From positions 1-54,011 of the forward strand of contig NW_024705333.1 in NCBI RefSeq assembly GCF_018977255.1: a DNA stretch of 54,011 nt. The letters are read 5' to 3'. Origin of the DNA: Callorhinchus milii (Eukaryota). Both the position numbers and the translations under genes were made by a program. The notes beneath the pieces are model-generated. The model ran no database searches, had not been told where the DNA came from, and saw nothing but the letters and a program-made list of their open reading frames with translations. Below are positions 53,405-54,011 of this stretch, one piece after another; position 1 is the first letter of the stretch; each line of letters starts with the position of its first letter.

Positions 53405-53456
53405 ATTCTTCACCTGAAGACGGCTGCTTGCGTTGTAGCCGAAACGTCGTGAGAAT
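53405..53456 (+). ncRNA. Minimal type I hammerhead ribozyme, intact core (plus strand)
   Basis: ATTCTTCAC-CTGAAGA(53414-20)-C-GGCTGC-TTGCGTT-GTAGCC-GAAA(53441-44)-CGTC^GTGAGAAT. Helix I 8 bp with one bulge, helix II 6 bp, palindromic ACGT. Predicted cleavage after C53448. Confidence 0.85.
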
Positions 53457-54011
53457 TGTTTTATTATGTTTTATTTTTATTATTTTATTACTTCCCTTCT
53501 ACGTGACTTTACCGAAAGAAACAAGAAGACGCTGCATATTAATGAACACATATTGGCATTCATGAAAAAAACATAACCACGACCCATTGTTACGTTAATT
53601 GAAAACACTCTAAAATGGAATATTGAACGTTATTTATAATTCACTTTACCTTTCATGTATACTACAAAGAATTATTTTTCTTTCGTGTAGAAAACCTAGA
53701 TTTTATATGTTTTGCAGATGAGCTTTCAATCGAATATTTAACTTTTAATGTCTTATTGGTGGCATCCCCAATTAAAACATTGCTTATTTACTGATTCTAA
53801 GCCATCTGAATGATCATGAAACGTGTTAAATTTCCATGCTTTTAGTTAATTTTAGCTTTATTTTCACAAATGTAAAATATGCGTTCAACAGACTGACAGA
53901 CGAGCAAAATGATTTTAGCAAGTTAGAACTCTTAGTGACATCATGAAGCACAACTCAGGCAGACACAATTCTGGATGAATGTATTACAACACTTTTCATA
54001 ATACCCACTCA

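Larger units (their letters stand above)
53200..53529 (-). mobile_element. PLE-derived fold-back element copy 6 (longest; perfect arms; two intact hammerheads)
   Basis: Perfect 138-bp inverted arms 53236-53373 / 53392-53529, 18-nt loop, 36-nt tail 53200-53235. Perfect 13-bp TSD CGCTGCATATTAA (53187-53199, 53530-53542). Confidence 0.93.
35951..54011. other. AT-rich metazoan non-coding genomic DNA (intron/intergenic) rich in transposable-element remnants
   Basis: Poly-A/T, poly-G and poly-C runs, SINE/LINE/DNA-transposon remnants, CpG-biased decay of repeats, no long ORF. Confidence 0.85.

Noticed and set aside
53200..53529. MITE or pre-miRNA interpretation of the hairpins
   Set aside because: The inverted repeats are not terminal on both sides (one-sided tail), the inner ends vary, and the arms carry hammerhead cores. 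This fits PLE termini better.
53063..53565. Repeated short ORFs (MFYFYYFITSLLRDFTER..., also at 36586)
   Set aside because: By-products of the repeated element's AT tract, not genes.

Overview
The window has two very different parts. (1) About 1-35,950 looks like random, roughly 50% GC DNA. CpG is frequent, there are no homopolymer or microsatellite tracts, I saw no repeats, and the only ORFs are short chance ones (200 aa or less) with no recognisable motifs. I support no genes there, and it is probably synthetic or shuffled filler. (2) About 35,950-54,011 is AT-rich metazoan non-coding DNA (intron or intergenic) full of transposon remnants; the host is possibly a basal vertebrate such as a lamprey (inference). 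The most striking system is six short (204-330 bp) non-coding fold-back insertions derived from Penelope-like element (PLE) termini. Each has two inverted arms, a one-sided 32-38 nt tail and its own target-site duplication (TSD): five perfect 12-13 bp TSDs and one 10/11 bp TSD with an indel. Four of the six carry minimal type I hammerhead ribozyme (HHR) motifs. Three motifs are intact (40426-40473 +, 53309-53360 -, 53405-53456 +), and helix II covaries between subfamilies. The youngest-looking copy is a perfect 138-bp inverted repeat whose loop holds a TATA box about 30 nt upstream of an Inr at the first base of the ribozyme. Also present: a Chapaev-like non-autonomous DNA transposon, tRNA-derived SINEs (one V-SINE), two decayed RTE-clade LINE reverse transcriptase fragments and small tandem repeats. 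No host protein-coding exon could be supported.
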